This document shows positions 17,884 to 27,454 of a DNA stretch of 64,000 nucleotides, piece by piece. Position 1 is the stretch's first letter; each line of letters opens with the position of its first letter. Below the pieces are notes generated by a model. It did no database searches and was not told where the DNA came from. It worked only from the letters and a program-made list of their open reading frames with translations. The position numbers and the translations under genes are program-made. The DNA is taken from the NCBI GenBank assembly GCA_964626635.1, contig CAZVFY010000001.1:47782-111781 (forward strand), given 5' to 3'. This stretch comes from an uncultured Candidatus Saccharibacteria bacterium. GTDB taxonomy: Bacteria > Patescibacteriota > Minisyncoccia > Phycocordibacterales > UBA918.

Positions 17884-18237
17884 CTACTCGACGTCAACAT
17901 CCACGCTGTCGTCGTCGGTTTGATCTGAAGTTGCTTGGTCTGCATCCTCACTATCTGTGTCATCAGAACTAGTGGCAGTACTAGTTGCCTCGAGCGCAGC
18001 GGCTGCAGCGGCATCACGCGCTACGCGTTCCTCGGGGGTAATGATCCCAAACGAATTTTCCACCGCTGGTGCGGACTGTACATTGACTGTGTCAGTCGGT
18101 ACGCCGGTAGTGGGCGCCAGTGTGTCAGAGACCTCGGCTTCATTATTTGTAACTAACGCAAATATAATAATCCCTACAAGGGCAACGACACCAATTAGCA
18201 AAACCATCGTTTTTTTATTCATATCAATAGTATACAA
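17884..18237 (-). CDS. Hypothetical membrane-anchored acidic protein
   Basis: 117 aa. N-terminal TM (MVLLIGVVALVGIIIFALV), then an Asp/Ser/Thr-rich low-complexity tail. Confidence 0.4.
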   Translation of the reverse strand: MYTIDMNKKTMVLLIGVVALVGIIIFALVTNNEAEVSDTLAPTTGVPTDTVNVQSAPAVENSFGIITPEERVARDAAAAAALEATSTATSSDDTDSEDADQATSDQTDDDSVDVDVE

Positions 18238-19341
18238 CTAAGAATGAAGAAATTCGATCACGTCACCATCTTGGACGACATACTCTTTGCCCTCAGTGCG
18301 GAGTTTGCCAGCATCTCGGGCTGCTGCTCTTGATCCACTAGCGACCAAATCTGCGTACGTGACAACCTGCGCGCGAATAAATTTGTCCAGGAAATCAGTG
18401 TGGATGACCCCAGCTGCCTCGGGCGCGGTTGAGCCAATGGGGATGGTCCAGGCGCGAGATTCTTTTTCGCCAGTAGTGTAATAACTCATCAAGCCTAATT
18501 TGCGGTACGCCGCAGTAATGAGCGACTCTACCCCGCTGTCTTGCGTGCCGTATTCGCGGCGAAATTCGGTTTTCTCTTCGTCGGCCAGGTCGCGTAGCTC
18601 ATGCTCGACACCCGCGTCCACCACCACATATTCAGCGCCAGTCGTTTCAAAAAATGCGACTAACTCTTGCCACCTGGCATCATTGTGCTCATCAAAATTA
18701 TACGCATCGTGTTTGCGATTGCAGACGTACAGGAATGACTTCATGGTCAGTAATTGCAAGCCCTTCAGCAGTGCGCGCTCTTCATCCGACATGTCCATCG
18801 AATTAGCCAGCTGCCCGGCCTCTAGGTGGATCAACAGTCGCTCCAGTAGTGCGTCGAGCTGTGCGGCGTCTTTGTCACCGCGCTTTTTGTCACGCTCGTT
18901 GGATTGGCGGCGTTTGCTGGCGGTTTCGGCGTCGGCCATGATCAGTTCGAGGTTAATGGTTTCGATGTCGCTCATCGGATCCACACTGCCCTCGACGTGG
19001 TGAATGTCTTCGTCCTCGAAAATCCGCACCACCTCGGCAATCAACTGTGTTTCGCGGATATTAGCCAAGAATTGATTCCCGAGTCCTTCCCCACTCGAGG
19101 CGCCGCGCACCAGACCAGCAATATCCACGAACTCAACCACCGCTGGTACAACCTTTTCAGACTGCGACAGCTGCCCGAGGCTCGCGAGTCGTGCATCTGG
19201 CACTGGTACCACCCCGACCGATGGATCGATAGTAGCGAACGGATAATTGGCCACTAGCACTTCTTTTTTGGTGAGGGCGTTAAACAGGGTTGACTTGCCG
19301 ACATTGGGCAGACCAACGATTCCAACTGAGAGTTTTGACAT
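18238..19341 (-). CDS. ychF: Ribosome-binding ATPase YchF (Obg-family GTPase/ATPase)
   Basis: 367 aa. G1 motif GIVGLPNVGKST and a C-terminal TGS domain (KEYVVQDGDVIEF). Confidence 0.9.
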   Translation of the reverse strand: MSKLSVGIVGLPNVGKSTLFNALTKKEVLVANYPFATIDPSVGVVPVPDARLASLGQLSQSEKVVPAVVEFVDIAGLVRGASSGEGLGNQFLANIRETQLIAEVVRIFEDEDIHHVEGSVDPMSDIETINLELIMADAETASKRRQSNERDKKRGDKDAAQLDALLERLLIHLEAGQLANSMDMSDEERALLKGLQLLTMKSFLYVCNRKHDAYNFDEHNDARWQELVAFFETTGAEYVVVDAGVEHELRDLADEEKTEFRREYGTQDSGVESLITAAYRKLGLMSYYTTGEKESRAWTIPIGSTAPEAAGVIHTDFLDKFIRAQVVTYADLVASGSRAAARDAGKLRTEGKEYVVQDGDVIEFLHS

Positions 19342-19384
19342 GGCTTACAGACTAGTAGTTTTAGTATAAATTAAAAAGTCTGCG

Positions 19385-19413
19385 TTAAACGCAGACAATG
19401 GACGGGGTGCTGG
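19385..19413 (-). terminator. Intrinsic terminator downstream of sppA
   Basis: Palindrome gtctgcgtt-a-aacgcagac, followed on the minus strand by TTTTTAATTTATAC. Confidence 0.45.
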
Positions 19414-19501
19414 GCCGTATGATGGCGGGGTTACTAAAATGTGGAGGCAGTAAATCAGCAACCCATACACGACCCAGCATATGTAGTAAAGCATACATAA
19501 T

Positions 19502-20413
19502 TTAAAATGGCAACAGCGGTGGCTCGTATTCACAGAACACGACATCCTCGAACTCTGTGTCCAGCAGTCCCGCAAACGCAGCTACCGCCTGTGGCCGTCC
19601 GCCGATCGAGTCAATTAGGCCAACATCTGCAGCGCGGCGACCCGGCATAGTAGCACCGTTGGCGAGCGCCTCGACATCGGCGCGGTCTAGTTCACGGTAT
19701 TCAGCAACTAGATCAATGAATTCGTTGTGAATGATAACCAGACCTGCCTGCAGTAGTTCGCGCTCCTCGTCGGTGATCGGCCGGTTCGGGGTGCCAGTAT
19801 CCTTAAATTCACCGGTAATCAGTTGTACATAGGTCAAGCCTTCTTCCTCATTTTTTTGGGATTCTTCGACATAGGACATATTGACCCCAATACTCCCGAC
19901 ATCAGACATGGCAGACGCGAGCAGGAAATCTGTCGCCGCCGCGACCATGTACCCACCCGAGGCAGCCACGTCCCCCACAGTACCGACGACCGGCAAATCA
20001 GCGCGGTGCAGCATGTCAGCAATTTGCTCTGATGCAACTGGTGTGCCACCAGGTGAGTTGATCTCGACTAAAATACCCTCGATCAGCGAGTCGTTAGTGG
20101 CACTATCAAGAAATTCTCGCACCGTGGACGGCGTGATGCTCAGTCCAAAATCATCGAGGATCGCCAGCCCAGTAAATGGCAAGATGACGCCTTCTATTGG
20201 CAGAACGGCGATATTGCACTCACCGTCACTAATACCCAAGTCAGCACTAAATGTCGCTCCGAGCACACCGACAGTGGCGACGACTACCAGTACCACAGTA
20301 AAAACGGTAGCGACGGATTTAGCGGCCAACAAAACAAACTCTTTCCATAGTGGTCTCATGATCGCAATCATACCACGCAACCGGTCCAGTTGACGAAGAA
20401 GCCGCGAGCACAC
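19502..20413 (-). CDS. sppA: Signal peptide peptidase SppA (S49 family)
   Basis: 303 aa. N-terminal TM, S49 core (GDVAASGGYMVAAATDFLLA; SDVGSIGV). The real start may be an internal Met (MIAIMRPLW). Confidence 0.8.
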   Translation of the reverse strand: MCSRLLRQLDRLRGMIAIMRPLWKEFVLLAAKSVATVFTVVLVVVATVGVLGATFSADLGISDGECNIAVLPIEGVILPFTGLAILDDFGLSITPSTVREFLDSATNDSLIEGILVEINSPGGTPVASEQIADMLHRADLPVVGTVGDVAASGGYMVAAATDFLLASAMSDVGSIGVNMSYVEESQKNEEEGLTYVQLITGEFKDTGTPNRPITDEERELLQAGLVIIHNEFIDLVAEYRELDRADVEALANGATMPGRRAADVGLIDSIGGRPQAVAAFAGLLDTEFEDVVFCEYEPPLLPF

Positions 20414-20440
20414 AGTGTGCGCTCGCGGCGAGTGATGGGG

Positions 20441-20650
20441 TCAGCATTCGGCAGTGCGAATGCTGGTGCGGGTCAGTCCGACCGCAGTCGAACCGACCGC
20501 CACATAGGCGTGGCATGGTGCCGGATTCAACACCGGCGCGGTGGCTTGATGCACGGCCAGCGCGATACCAGGCAGGTCGCTGGAGACCTCGAGGTCGCTG
20601 CAGGCAGCGAGACCCAGCGCAAGGGCAATGATCAGCAATCGTGCAATCAT
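20441..20650 (-). CDS. Small lipoprotein (lipobox LAAC)
   Basis: 69 aa. MIARLLIIALALGLAAC signal peptide with lipobox. Its ATG overlaps the upstream gene's TGA (TGATG). Confidence 0.5.
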   Translation of the reverse strand: MIARLLIIALALGLAACSDLEVSSDLPGIALAVHQATAPVLNPAPCHAYVAVGSTAVGLTRTSIRTAEC

Positions 20651-20943
20651 CAGTGCCTCCCAGGGACGCAGGTGCCGCTGCGGCTCATGGCCGAGTTGAA
20701 TACGTAGTAGTCTGGCTGGCCGATCTCGCGGCGCACCCGGGCGTCAGTCCGCGTATTGATGCGCGGCACCGTCGGTACGTAGCCGGGCGGGCAGCCATCG
20801 ATCGAGGCCACTTGACCGAGGGCATAGTCCGTCGTGATGCGGTAGCCTTCTGCGGCTCGCATGACGCGCTCCTCAGCGGTTGGCACGGGCCCAGTGGCGC
20901 AGCCTGCCAGCAGTAGGCCTGTCAATGAGATGGTGATGCGCAT
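20650..20943 (-). CDS. Small lipoprotein (lipobox LAGC)
   Basis: Start taken at MRITISLTGLLLAGCATG. Translationally coupled to the downstream lipoprotein gene. Confidence 0.5.
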   Translation of the reverse strand: MRITISLTGLLLAGCATGPVPTAEERVMRAAEGYRITTDYALGQVASIDGCPPGYVPTVPRINTRTDARVRREIGQPDYYVFNSAMSRSGTCVPGRH

Positions 20944-21070
20944 GTGCGCCTCCTCCATAAATTTGATCGAGAGCTGTGGTTTCTACTAAAATTATACATA
21001 CAATTTAGCGAAAGTCAATAAATCACCTTCTGTTGGGAGCGCTCGTTATATTTAAAGTAAGGCGATGCAA

Positions 21071-21658
21071 TTATTTTGCCACTTTGCCGTGGCCTGCGGC
21101 CTGCTTTAGCCATTTGTTGCGGCAACTGTCATCGACCTTTTCGCAAGGGCCGTAAGTTGTCACTTGGGTTTTGATACCAGCAAATTCAAGAATACCGTAC
21201 TGAATTTCATTCGTGTAATCGCCGTACTGCCACCAGGTTTTGAAGGGGCTGTGCGATCCAGATAGTACATAGACGCGGGCGGTACGACCAGCGAGATGAC
21301 CTTCAACTTTCTTTGTTTCCTTATTAAAATTGAACGCAAACCCCGGCAACCAGGCCCGATCAAATAAGCCCTTTAGTTTGGCTGGCATGCTGCACCACCA
21401 ATTTGGGTAGGCTAACACAAAATGATCACACTCACGTATGGCGTCTTGAAATTCCATTAGGGCAGGTTCGAGTTGCTGAATCTCTTTGTAGCCCTTGTGC
21501 AACACTGGGTCAAAGTCCATGTCGCCAATGTTGTAGCGCTTGACAAGATGCTCTGCTTCTTCGGCAGCAACTTGATATTGATCTACCACCGAGCTAGTAA
21601 ACGAGTCACTATCGGGGTTACCACAAAGAATAACGATTTTCTTTTGTTGCATAGACAT
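21071..21658 (-). CDS. Flavodoxin-like fold NAD(P)H dehydrogenase (quinone) / FMN reductase
   Basis: 195 aa. KIVILCGNPDSDSF N-terminus and overall similarity to the NQO1/MdaB/Flavodoxin_2 family. Confidence 0.7.
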   Translation of the reverse strand: MSMQQKKIVILCGNPDSDSFTSSVVDQYQVAAEEAEHLVKRYNIGDMDFDPVLHKGYKEIQQLEPALMEFQDAIRECDHFVLAYPNWWCSMPAKLKGLFDRAWLPGFAFNFNKETKKVEGHLAGRTARVYVLSGSHSPFKTWWQYGDYTNEIQYGILEFAGIKTQVTTYGPCEKVDDSCRNKWLKQAAGHGKVAK

Positions 21659-21740
21659 ATATGGTATTTAGTATATACGGGTACACCTCGCCCAACCATG
21701 GACGAGGTGTTGATACGCATTCATTCAATCATAGCGATTG

Positions 21741-22058
21741 TTAGGAATTGATAGATCCATCTGGCTTGAAGGCTCCGGGCATTTTGCCACCCATCATACT
21801 GGCGACTTTAGTACGCATTTCGGGACTCATGGCAGCCATGATTTCTGTTTGGTATTTTGGGAGGACTTTCATCGCCGCGGCCATTTGATTGTTACCGTTG
21901 GCTTTCATCTCGGCTTGCATTTCGAGGGCTACTTTCTGGAATAGCTCGGGATTGTTTTCGAGCATCTCCATAATCATTTGCTGCTGGTCCTCAGGGACGT
22001 TTTTCATTTGCGATTGCAGCATTTTTTTCATCGCCATGTTTTTTAGTTTTCCGAACAT
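21741..22058 (-). CDS. Met-rich small hypothetical protein
   Basis: 105 aa, about 18% Met (MFGKLKNMAMKKMLQSQMKN...AAMSPEMRTKVASMMGGKMPG). Reminiscent of an Ffh M-domain 'methionine bristle', but no NG domain. Confidence 0.4.
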   Translation of the reverse strand: MFGKLKNMAMKKMLQSQMKNVPEDQQQMIMEMLENNPELFQKVALEMQAEMKANGNNQMAAAMKVLPKYQTEIMAAMSPEMRTKVASMMGGKMPGAFKPDGSINS

Positions 22059-22176
22059 ATGCCGGATAGTGTAGCACGTCGCGAAAGCTATACCAAAACC
22101 ACTCGTAACAATGAGTAAGTATAGACAAATTAGTAAATTAGTGGTACTTTTCCGTCATTATATAAAAAAGTACAGT

Positions 22177-23712
22177 ATGAAAAAACGCACAGTTATTGCC
22201 GGGGTGGTTGGATTAGTAGTTGGTGGTGGGATTGCCTGGTTTATTTTTGGAGGAAGTGACGAAGCTCCAGCAGCGCTCGTAACTCCCGCGACCACCGTCA
22301 CTCTGTTAACTGCAGACTCTTACGCGAACGAAAACGCCCTGACTCTCATTGGGACCGTCCGGGCCGCGAGCGAGGCTCGGATAACTGCTGATCGGAGTGG
22401 TCGTGTCACGAGCGTGCCAGTGAACCTCGGCCAGAGCGTCGCCGCCGGACAAGTGATCGCTACTATTGAAAATAGCTCGGAACAAGCGGCAGTGCTACAG
22501 GCCGAAGGTGCGTACCAAGCGGCGCTGGCTGCGCGCGCGCAGAGCGATCTGGATGAACTAGATCGCGGTGTGGGTGTGGCAAGTGCCCAGACTGCACTGG
22601 AGGCTGCCCGCGAATCAGCAGTTAGTACGTACCGTAGCGCTGTCACCACCAATAATGCCGCTGTGCGTGGCACGATTGATCCATTTTTCTCTGATCCAGA
22701 TGGATTTATTCCTGGTTTGACTATTTCTGGAAAGGGCTTTACGAGTGAACTAAACGCTGAACGAGTCGAGTATCAGGATTTACTGCAACAATACCGCCAG
22801 CAAGCTGACACTGTGTCTGTTGATAGCGATTTGACGACCGAGTTACGTGACCTCAATGCGTACATTGACCGCACGGCTGAATTTCTTGATACATTTATAG
22901 CTGTTCTAGAACTCCAAACCAATGACGCTAGGTTTAGTAATGAACAGATTGCTGGTTTTATTACTTCATTTTCTAGTGCTCGTTCTAATCTCATCAACCT
23001 AGCGGCGTCGGTCGAAGCCTCTGCCACGGCCATCGAAAACGCCGAGGATGCAGTCGAACGCGCGCGCATCGCTGACGTGCGTGTCTCTGATGCACCACGC
23101 GCGAGTGACGCCCAAGTCACCCAAGCACTCGGAGGGTTGCGCGCCGCCCAGGCTAACCTCGCTAAGACGATCTTGCGTACGCCGATCAGTGGCACTATCA
23201 ACCAACTGTCCGTCCAGACCGGTGATTTTATCGGGGCGCAACAACAAGCAGCCCTAGTCGCGAACAACAATGCCCTCGAGATCGTCACGTACGTCAGCCA
23301 GGCTGAGCGCGACTTGCTCGCTGTTGGTGACACCTTGCAGGTTGAAGGCGTCACAGCGATTGTCACGGCGATTGCACCAGCAGTCGATCAGACTGTTGGC
23401 AAGATCGAAGTCCGACTCGCCGCAACATCCGATGACCTCCAAAATGGTGACACGGTCACCGTGACGTTTGTCGCCGACAGCCAAGCTGTCGTGGCTGGCC
23501 CGGTCATAGTGCCGCTCGCTGCGGTCAAGTTCACCCAGAATGATGGCGAGGTGTTCCTAGTGCGTGACGGTCTCCTCGTGTCACAACCTGTCACCACGGG
23601 CGCGGTCCAAGGTGGCGGAGTCGTGATTACTGCTGGACTGAATAGTGATCAGGTATTCGTGGCCGACGCGCGCGGATTACAAGCCGGCACCGCGGTAACT
23701 GTCTCTAATTAA
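22177..23712 (+). CDS. Efflux RND transporter periplasmic adaptor (membrane fusion protein, HlyD family)
   Basis: Start at MKKRTVIAG (M23 of the listed ORF). TM anchor, long Ala/Gln-rich coiled coil, C-terminal beta-barrel segments. Confidence 0.8.
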   Translation: MKKRTVIAGVVGLVVGGGIAWFIFGGSDEAPAALVTPATTVTLLTADSYANENALTLIGTVRAASEARITADRSGRVTSVPVNLGQSVAAGQVIATIENSSEQAAVLQAEGAYQAALAARAQSDLDELDRGVGVASAQTALEAARESAVSTYRSAVTTNNAAVRGTIDPFFSDPDGFIPGLTISGKGFTSELNAERVEYQDLLQQYRQQADTVSVDSDLTTELRDLNAYIDRTAEFLDTFIAVLELQTNDARFSNEQIAGFITSFSSARSNLINLAASVEASATAIENAEDAVERARIADVRVSDAPRASDAQVTQALGGLRAAQANLAKTILRTPISGTINQLSVQTGDFIGAQQQAALVANNNALEIVTYVSQAERDLLAVGDTLQVEGVTAIVTAIAPAVDQTVGKIEVRLAATSDDLQNGDTVTVTFVADSQAVVAGPVIVPLAAVKFTQNDGEVFLVRDGLLVSQPVTTGAVQGGGVVITAGLNSDQVFVADARGLQAGTAVTVSN

Positions 23713-23713
23713 T

Positions 23714-26700
23714 ATGTGGGACTTCTTCATTCGCAACAATCGGTTTGCGTACTTGTTTATAGTTGCGCTGATTGGTGTCGGTACGTTTAGTGTACTCAAT
23801 ATTCCCCGCGAGTCCTCACCAGAAGTCATCGTGCCGATTGGTGTCGTCACCACCGTGCTGCCGGGCGCGCCGGCGGCTGACATCGAGACATTAGTCACGA
23901 ACGAAATCGAGCGCGGCCTCACTGGACTCGAAGGTGTCGACTCGATCACTTCCGTGTCACGAGAAGGGGTCTCTAGCGTCACCGTCGAGTTTGACGCGTC
24001 AGCTGACGTCGATGAGTCGATCCAAGAACTCAAAGACGAAGTCGACCTCATTCAGTCAGACTTGCCGTCTACAGCAGAAGACTCAATCGTCTCAGAAGTT
24101 AATCTCCAAGATTCACCAGTACTGACCGTCGCGCTGTCTGGATCGTTTACCGATCAAGAATTCACCGCGATCACCAGTGACCTCGAAGCCGAAATCGAGA
24201 CTATCGCTGGCGTATCTCGAGTAGAATTCAGTGGTGTACGCGATCGACAAGTATCAGTGCTAGTCGATCAGGCTGCGCTCGATCAGTTTGGCATCACGCT
24301 GAATACGGTAATCGATGGCTTGCGGGCGGCGAACCAAACTTTCCCGATTGGCCAAATCGAAAATAACGGCATTTCTTATAACGTCGCCTTCGAAGGCGAC
24401 ATCGCCAGTAGCGAAGTCCTCGGGAACGTTGGTATCGCGAATGTGTCAGGACAGCCAATCCTCGTGCGTGACATTGCGCGGGTCGAAGACGGTTTGTCAC
24501 CTGCCAGTTCCCTATCGCGACTGAGTGTCGATGGCGCGCCGTCAGAAAGTGCTGTCGAAATGAATGTTTTCAATCAAACTGGTGGCGACGTCACGCGTGT
24601 CACCACGGCAGTCAACGAACGCCTGGCAGAACTACAGGCTGAAAATGAGGTGCTGGACGGTATCACGTTGGCGGTTATTCAGGACTCGGGCGAGTTAATT
24701 TTGGATGACCTGATTAACCTATCGACATCAGGTTTGCAGACTATCATTCTGGTTGTGCTGCTCTTAGTGGTTGCGATTGGCTGGCGAGAAGGCTTGATCG
24801 CTGGAACCGCTATCCCCTTGTCATTCTTGTTTGGGTTCATCGGGCTGTATTTCAGTGGCAATTCCATCAACTTCCTCAGTCTGTTCTCGCTCATCCTGGG
24901 AATCGGTATCCTCGTCGACTCAGCCATTGTGATGGTTGAGGGTATCAATCGACGCATGAAAGAAGACCCAAACATTGATAAACGCGAAGCGGCTGTCGCC
25001 ACAGTGCGAGAATTTGCTGCGCCACTGACAGCCGGGACGCTGACGACTGTCGCGATGTTCTCGGGGTTGTTTATCGTTAGTGGAGTGATCGGTCAGTTTA
25101 TCTTTAGTATTCCGTTCACAATTATCTTTCTCTTACTCGCATCGATTTTTGTCGCGTTGTTCATTGTGCCGCTAATTGCGTCGCAATTCTTGCGTCGTCG
25201 CAGCACGACAAAATTGGAACAAAAACAGAACGAACTGTCACGCCGACTCGAAGGCTGGTACCGCCACAAACTCGATTGCATCATTGGCAACAAACGACTC
25301 GAGCGACGGTTCATTTGGGGCGTGCGGGCTGGATTAGTAGGAGCCATCCTATTGCCAGTCATCGGTCTGGTGCCAGTGGTATTCTTTGAGCAAGGCGACG
25401 TTGACTTTGTCATTGTGCAACTAGAAAACGCCGAGGGTACAGTCAAAGAAGTCACCGACATCGGTATTCGTCGCGTCGAAGAATTCTTATACGACAAACC
25501 GTACATCGAATCATTCTCGACTACGGTCGGGAGCGGCAGCCAGTTTGCCGGTGGTAGTGCCGGTGAGAAATTCGCCAACATCACCGTCAATTTGCGTGAA
25601 GATCGTGACGTCACTAGTACCGAAGTAATCGACGCGATCCGTACCGATCTGGCGGTTCTGTCTGACCTCAACGTCACAGTTGATCAACCGAGTGACGGGC
25701 CACCGACTGGCGCCGCGGTTGTGATCAAATTCCTCGGCGATGATCTCAGCGCGCTAACCAGGCTGGCCAATGAGTCAGCCAATGTATTGCGCAACATTCC
25801 TAACACCGTCAACATAGAAACGAGCACCAACAATAACAACACCGAGTTCGTCATTAATCTAGACAATGCCAAGGCAACCGCGCTCGGTGTCTCGCCTTCA
25901 CAAGTATCACAGGTGGCCCGTACTGCGCTGTTTGGGGCTGATGCGACATCTCTGACTACTCTCAACGACAGTATTGACGTCGTCGTCAAACTAAACCTTG
26001 ACGGCGATCCGACCATTACTGCCGACACCAGCAATCAAATTAGTATTTCTGACCTCGAGCGCTTGACGATCAGCAGCCCAACTGGACCGGTCACTCTGTC
26101 TTCAGTAGCTGATGTAACACTGCGGGAATCCAGCACAGTCATCAATCACGAAGACGGCGAGCGCGTCGTTAGTGTCACTGCTAATGTCGGGCCCGAAGGA
26201 AACGCCCGCGAGATCCAGGCCACTGCTGTTGAGCGCATCCAGTCCGAGGTGGCCATTCCTGATGGCATTACCCTCAGCACCGGCGGTGGTGAAGCCGAAG
26301 AGTCCAACGAAGCATTCATAGAGATGTTCCTGGCCCTGATCATCGGGATAGGACTGATGGTCGGTATTCTCATTCTGCAGTTCAATTCGTTCTTGCACAC
26401 CAGGTACGTATTGTCGATCCTCCCCTACTCACTGATCGGTGTACTCGGCGGACTGGCGATCACTCAGAATCCGCTGTCCTTCCCGTCTATCATGGGCTTT
26501 ATCGCGCTATCAGGAATCGTGGTCAACAACTCGATCCTACTAATCGACATGATGAATAACCTGCGCCGCAAAGACATGACACGACCGATCAAGGATGTGG
26601 TGCTCGACGCGGCGACTAACCGGTTACGGCCAATTCTACTAACGACCATTACGACTATCTTTGGGGTGGTGCCGCTACTGTTCGCTGGCTCAATCTGGGT

Positions 26701-26851
26701 GCCGCTGGTGTACGCACTGATCTTTGGGCTATTGTTTGCGGTAGTCATTACCCTCTTTACCATCCCAATTACGTATGCCCGCAAACCAGGCAGTCTGCCA
26801 GGTCAGATTGATATGGTGGCTTCTACAGACCAAACCGTACAATACAAATAG
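23714..26851 (+). CDS. Efflux RND transporter permease (AcrB/HAE1-like)
   Basis: 1045 aa. 12-TM RND topology, two large loop domains, conserved FSILPYSLIG...ALSGIVVNNSILLID segments. Confidence 0.9.
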   Translation: MWDFFIRNNRFAYLFIVALIGVGTFSVLNIPRESSPEVIVPIGVVTTVLPGAPAADIETLVTNEIERGLTGLEGVDSITSVSREGVSSVTVEFDASADVDESIQELKDEVDLIQSDLPSTAEDSIVSEVNLQDSPVLTVALSGSFTDQEFTAITSDLEAEIETIAGVSRVEFSGVRDRQVSVLVDQAALDQFGITLNTVIDGLRAANQTFPIGQIENNGISYNVAFEGDIASSEVLGNVGIANVSGQPILVRDIARVEDGLSPASSLSRLSVDGAPSESAVEMNVFNQTGGDVTRVTTAVNERLAELQAENEVLDGITLAVIQDSGELILDDLINLSTSGLQTIILVVLLLVVAIGWREGLIAGTAIPLSFLFGFIGLYFSGNSINFLSLFSLILGIGILVDSAIVMVEGINRRMKEDPNIDKREAAVATVREFAAPLTAGTLTTVAMFSGLFIVSGVIGQFIFSIPFTIIFLLLASIFVALFIVPLIASQFLRRRSTTKLEQKQNELSRRLEGWYRHKLDCIIGNKRLERRFIWGVRAGLVGAILLPVIGLVPVVFFEQGDVDFVIVQLENAEGTVKEVTDIGIRRVEEFLYDKPYIESFSTTVGSGSQFAGGSAGEKFANITVNLREDRDVTSTEVIDAIRTDLAVLSDLNVTVDQPSDGPPTGAAVVIKFLGDDLSALTRLANESANVLRNIPNTVNIETSTNNNNTEFVINLDNAKATALGVSPSQVSQVARTALFGADATSLTTLNDSIDVVVKLNLDGDPTITADTSNQISISDLERLTISSPTGPVTLSSVADVTLRESSTVINHEDGERVVSVTANVGPEGNAREIQATAVERIQSEVAIPDGITLSTGGGEAEESNEAFIEMFLALIIGIGLMVGILILQFNSFLHTRYVLSILPYSLIGVLGGLAITQNPLSFPSIMGFIALSGIVVNNSILLIDMMNNLRRKDMTRPIKDVVLDAATNRLRPILLTTITTIFGVVPLLFAGSIWVPLVYALIFGLLFAVVITLFTIPITYARKPGSLPGQIDMVASTDQTVQYK

Positions 26852-26874
26852 CCACCACCGTGGGTAGTACTGCA

Positions 26875-27396
26875 TTACGCCGCCACACCTTTAGAGGCGG
26901 CTTTTGCTTTCATGCGTCGCATGACCAAATTGACGACACCGAGCGCGATAGCGATGATGATGATTTGCAGCAGTATCACTTGCCACAATGATTGGTCTGT
27001 CAAACCTTGTGCCTTTAGTGCCATTAGAATGCCCAGTGTATACCATGAACCAGCCTGGATGCCTGGACCAAACGTACTCGGCATGAGACGCCAACTCATC
27101 AACAATGCATTCGCAAATAATACAAATGTTGCTATAGCAATCCCCCAATCTATCGGCATCACACCATCAAAACCGTGGACAGTAATCTGCCCAATGATGT
27201 ACAGCGCCGTAGTGATCAGGATCGCTACCATGGCAATGCGTAGCACCACGTACACTATGCCCATCATCCGACGCTCAGTTTGGTCAATCTGTCCATCACG
27301 GATAGCGCTAAAGAAATTGAGGATAGCTAGGGTTGATGATCCGACCCCAAGGGACACAGCGAAAGACTGCAAAATGGCTACGATGATTGTAAACAT
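26875..27396 (-). CDS. Hypothetical integral membrane protein (~4 TM)
   Basis: 173 aa, hydrophobic throughout. No recognisable family. Confidence 0.4.
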   Translation of the reverse strand: MFTIIVAILQSFAVSLGVGSSTLAILNFFSAIRDGQIDQTERRMMGIVYVVLRIAMVAILITTALYIIGQITVHGFDGVMPIDWGIAIATFVLFANALLMSWRLMPSTFGPGIQAGSWYTLGILMALKAQGLTDQSLWQVILLQIIIIAIALGVVNLVMRRMKAKAASKGVAA

Positions 27397-27454
27397 GGTT
27401 TTATAGTAACAAACACTTCATCGCTACTACAGCTGTTGTGCACCAGGTCCGTGA

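Larger units (their letters stand above)
20390..20960. other. GC-rich compositional islet (about 65% GC against ~45-50% flanks) holding two small lipoprotein genes
   Basis: Sharp GC shift visible by eye. AT-rich flanks on both sides. Confidence 0.6.

Noticed and set aside
19345-19575. 76-aa minus-strand ORF between ychF and sppA
   Set aside because: It overlaps the sppA 3' end and the terminator hairpin, and has odd Cys/Trp-rich composition. The region is better explained as intergenic (terminator plus ychF promoter).
20390-20960. GC-rich islet considered as a mobile element
   Set aside because: No integrase, transposase, tRNA-adjacent att site or flanking direct or inverted repeats could be seen. 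Reported as a compositional islet only.
21659-21740. 8-bp hairpin acacctcg...cgaggtgt downstream of the Met-rich gene
   Set aside because: The long 12-nt loop and absent U-tract make it too weak to call a terminator.
22059-22176. Candidate promoter for the RND operon (TATATAAAAAAG near 22150, A-rich leader)
   Set aside because: There is a plausible -10-like element but no convincing -35 at proper spacing. It is too speculative to list as a feature.
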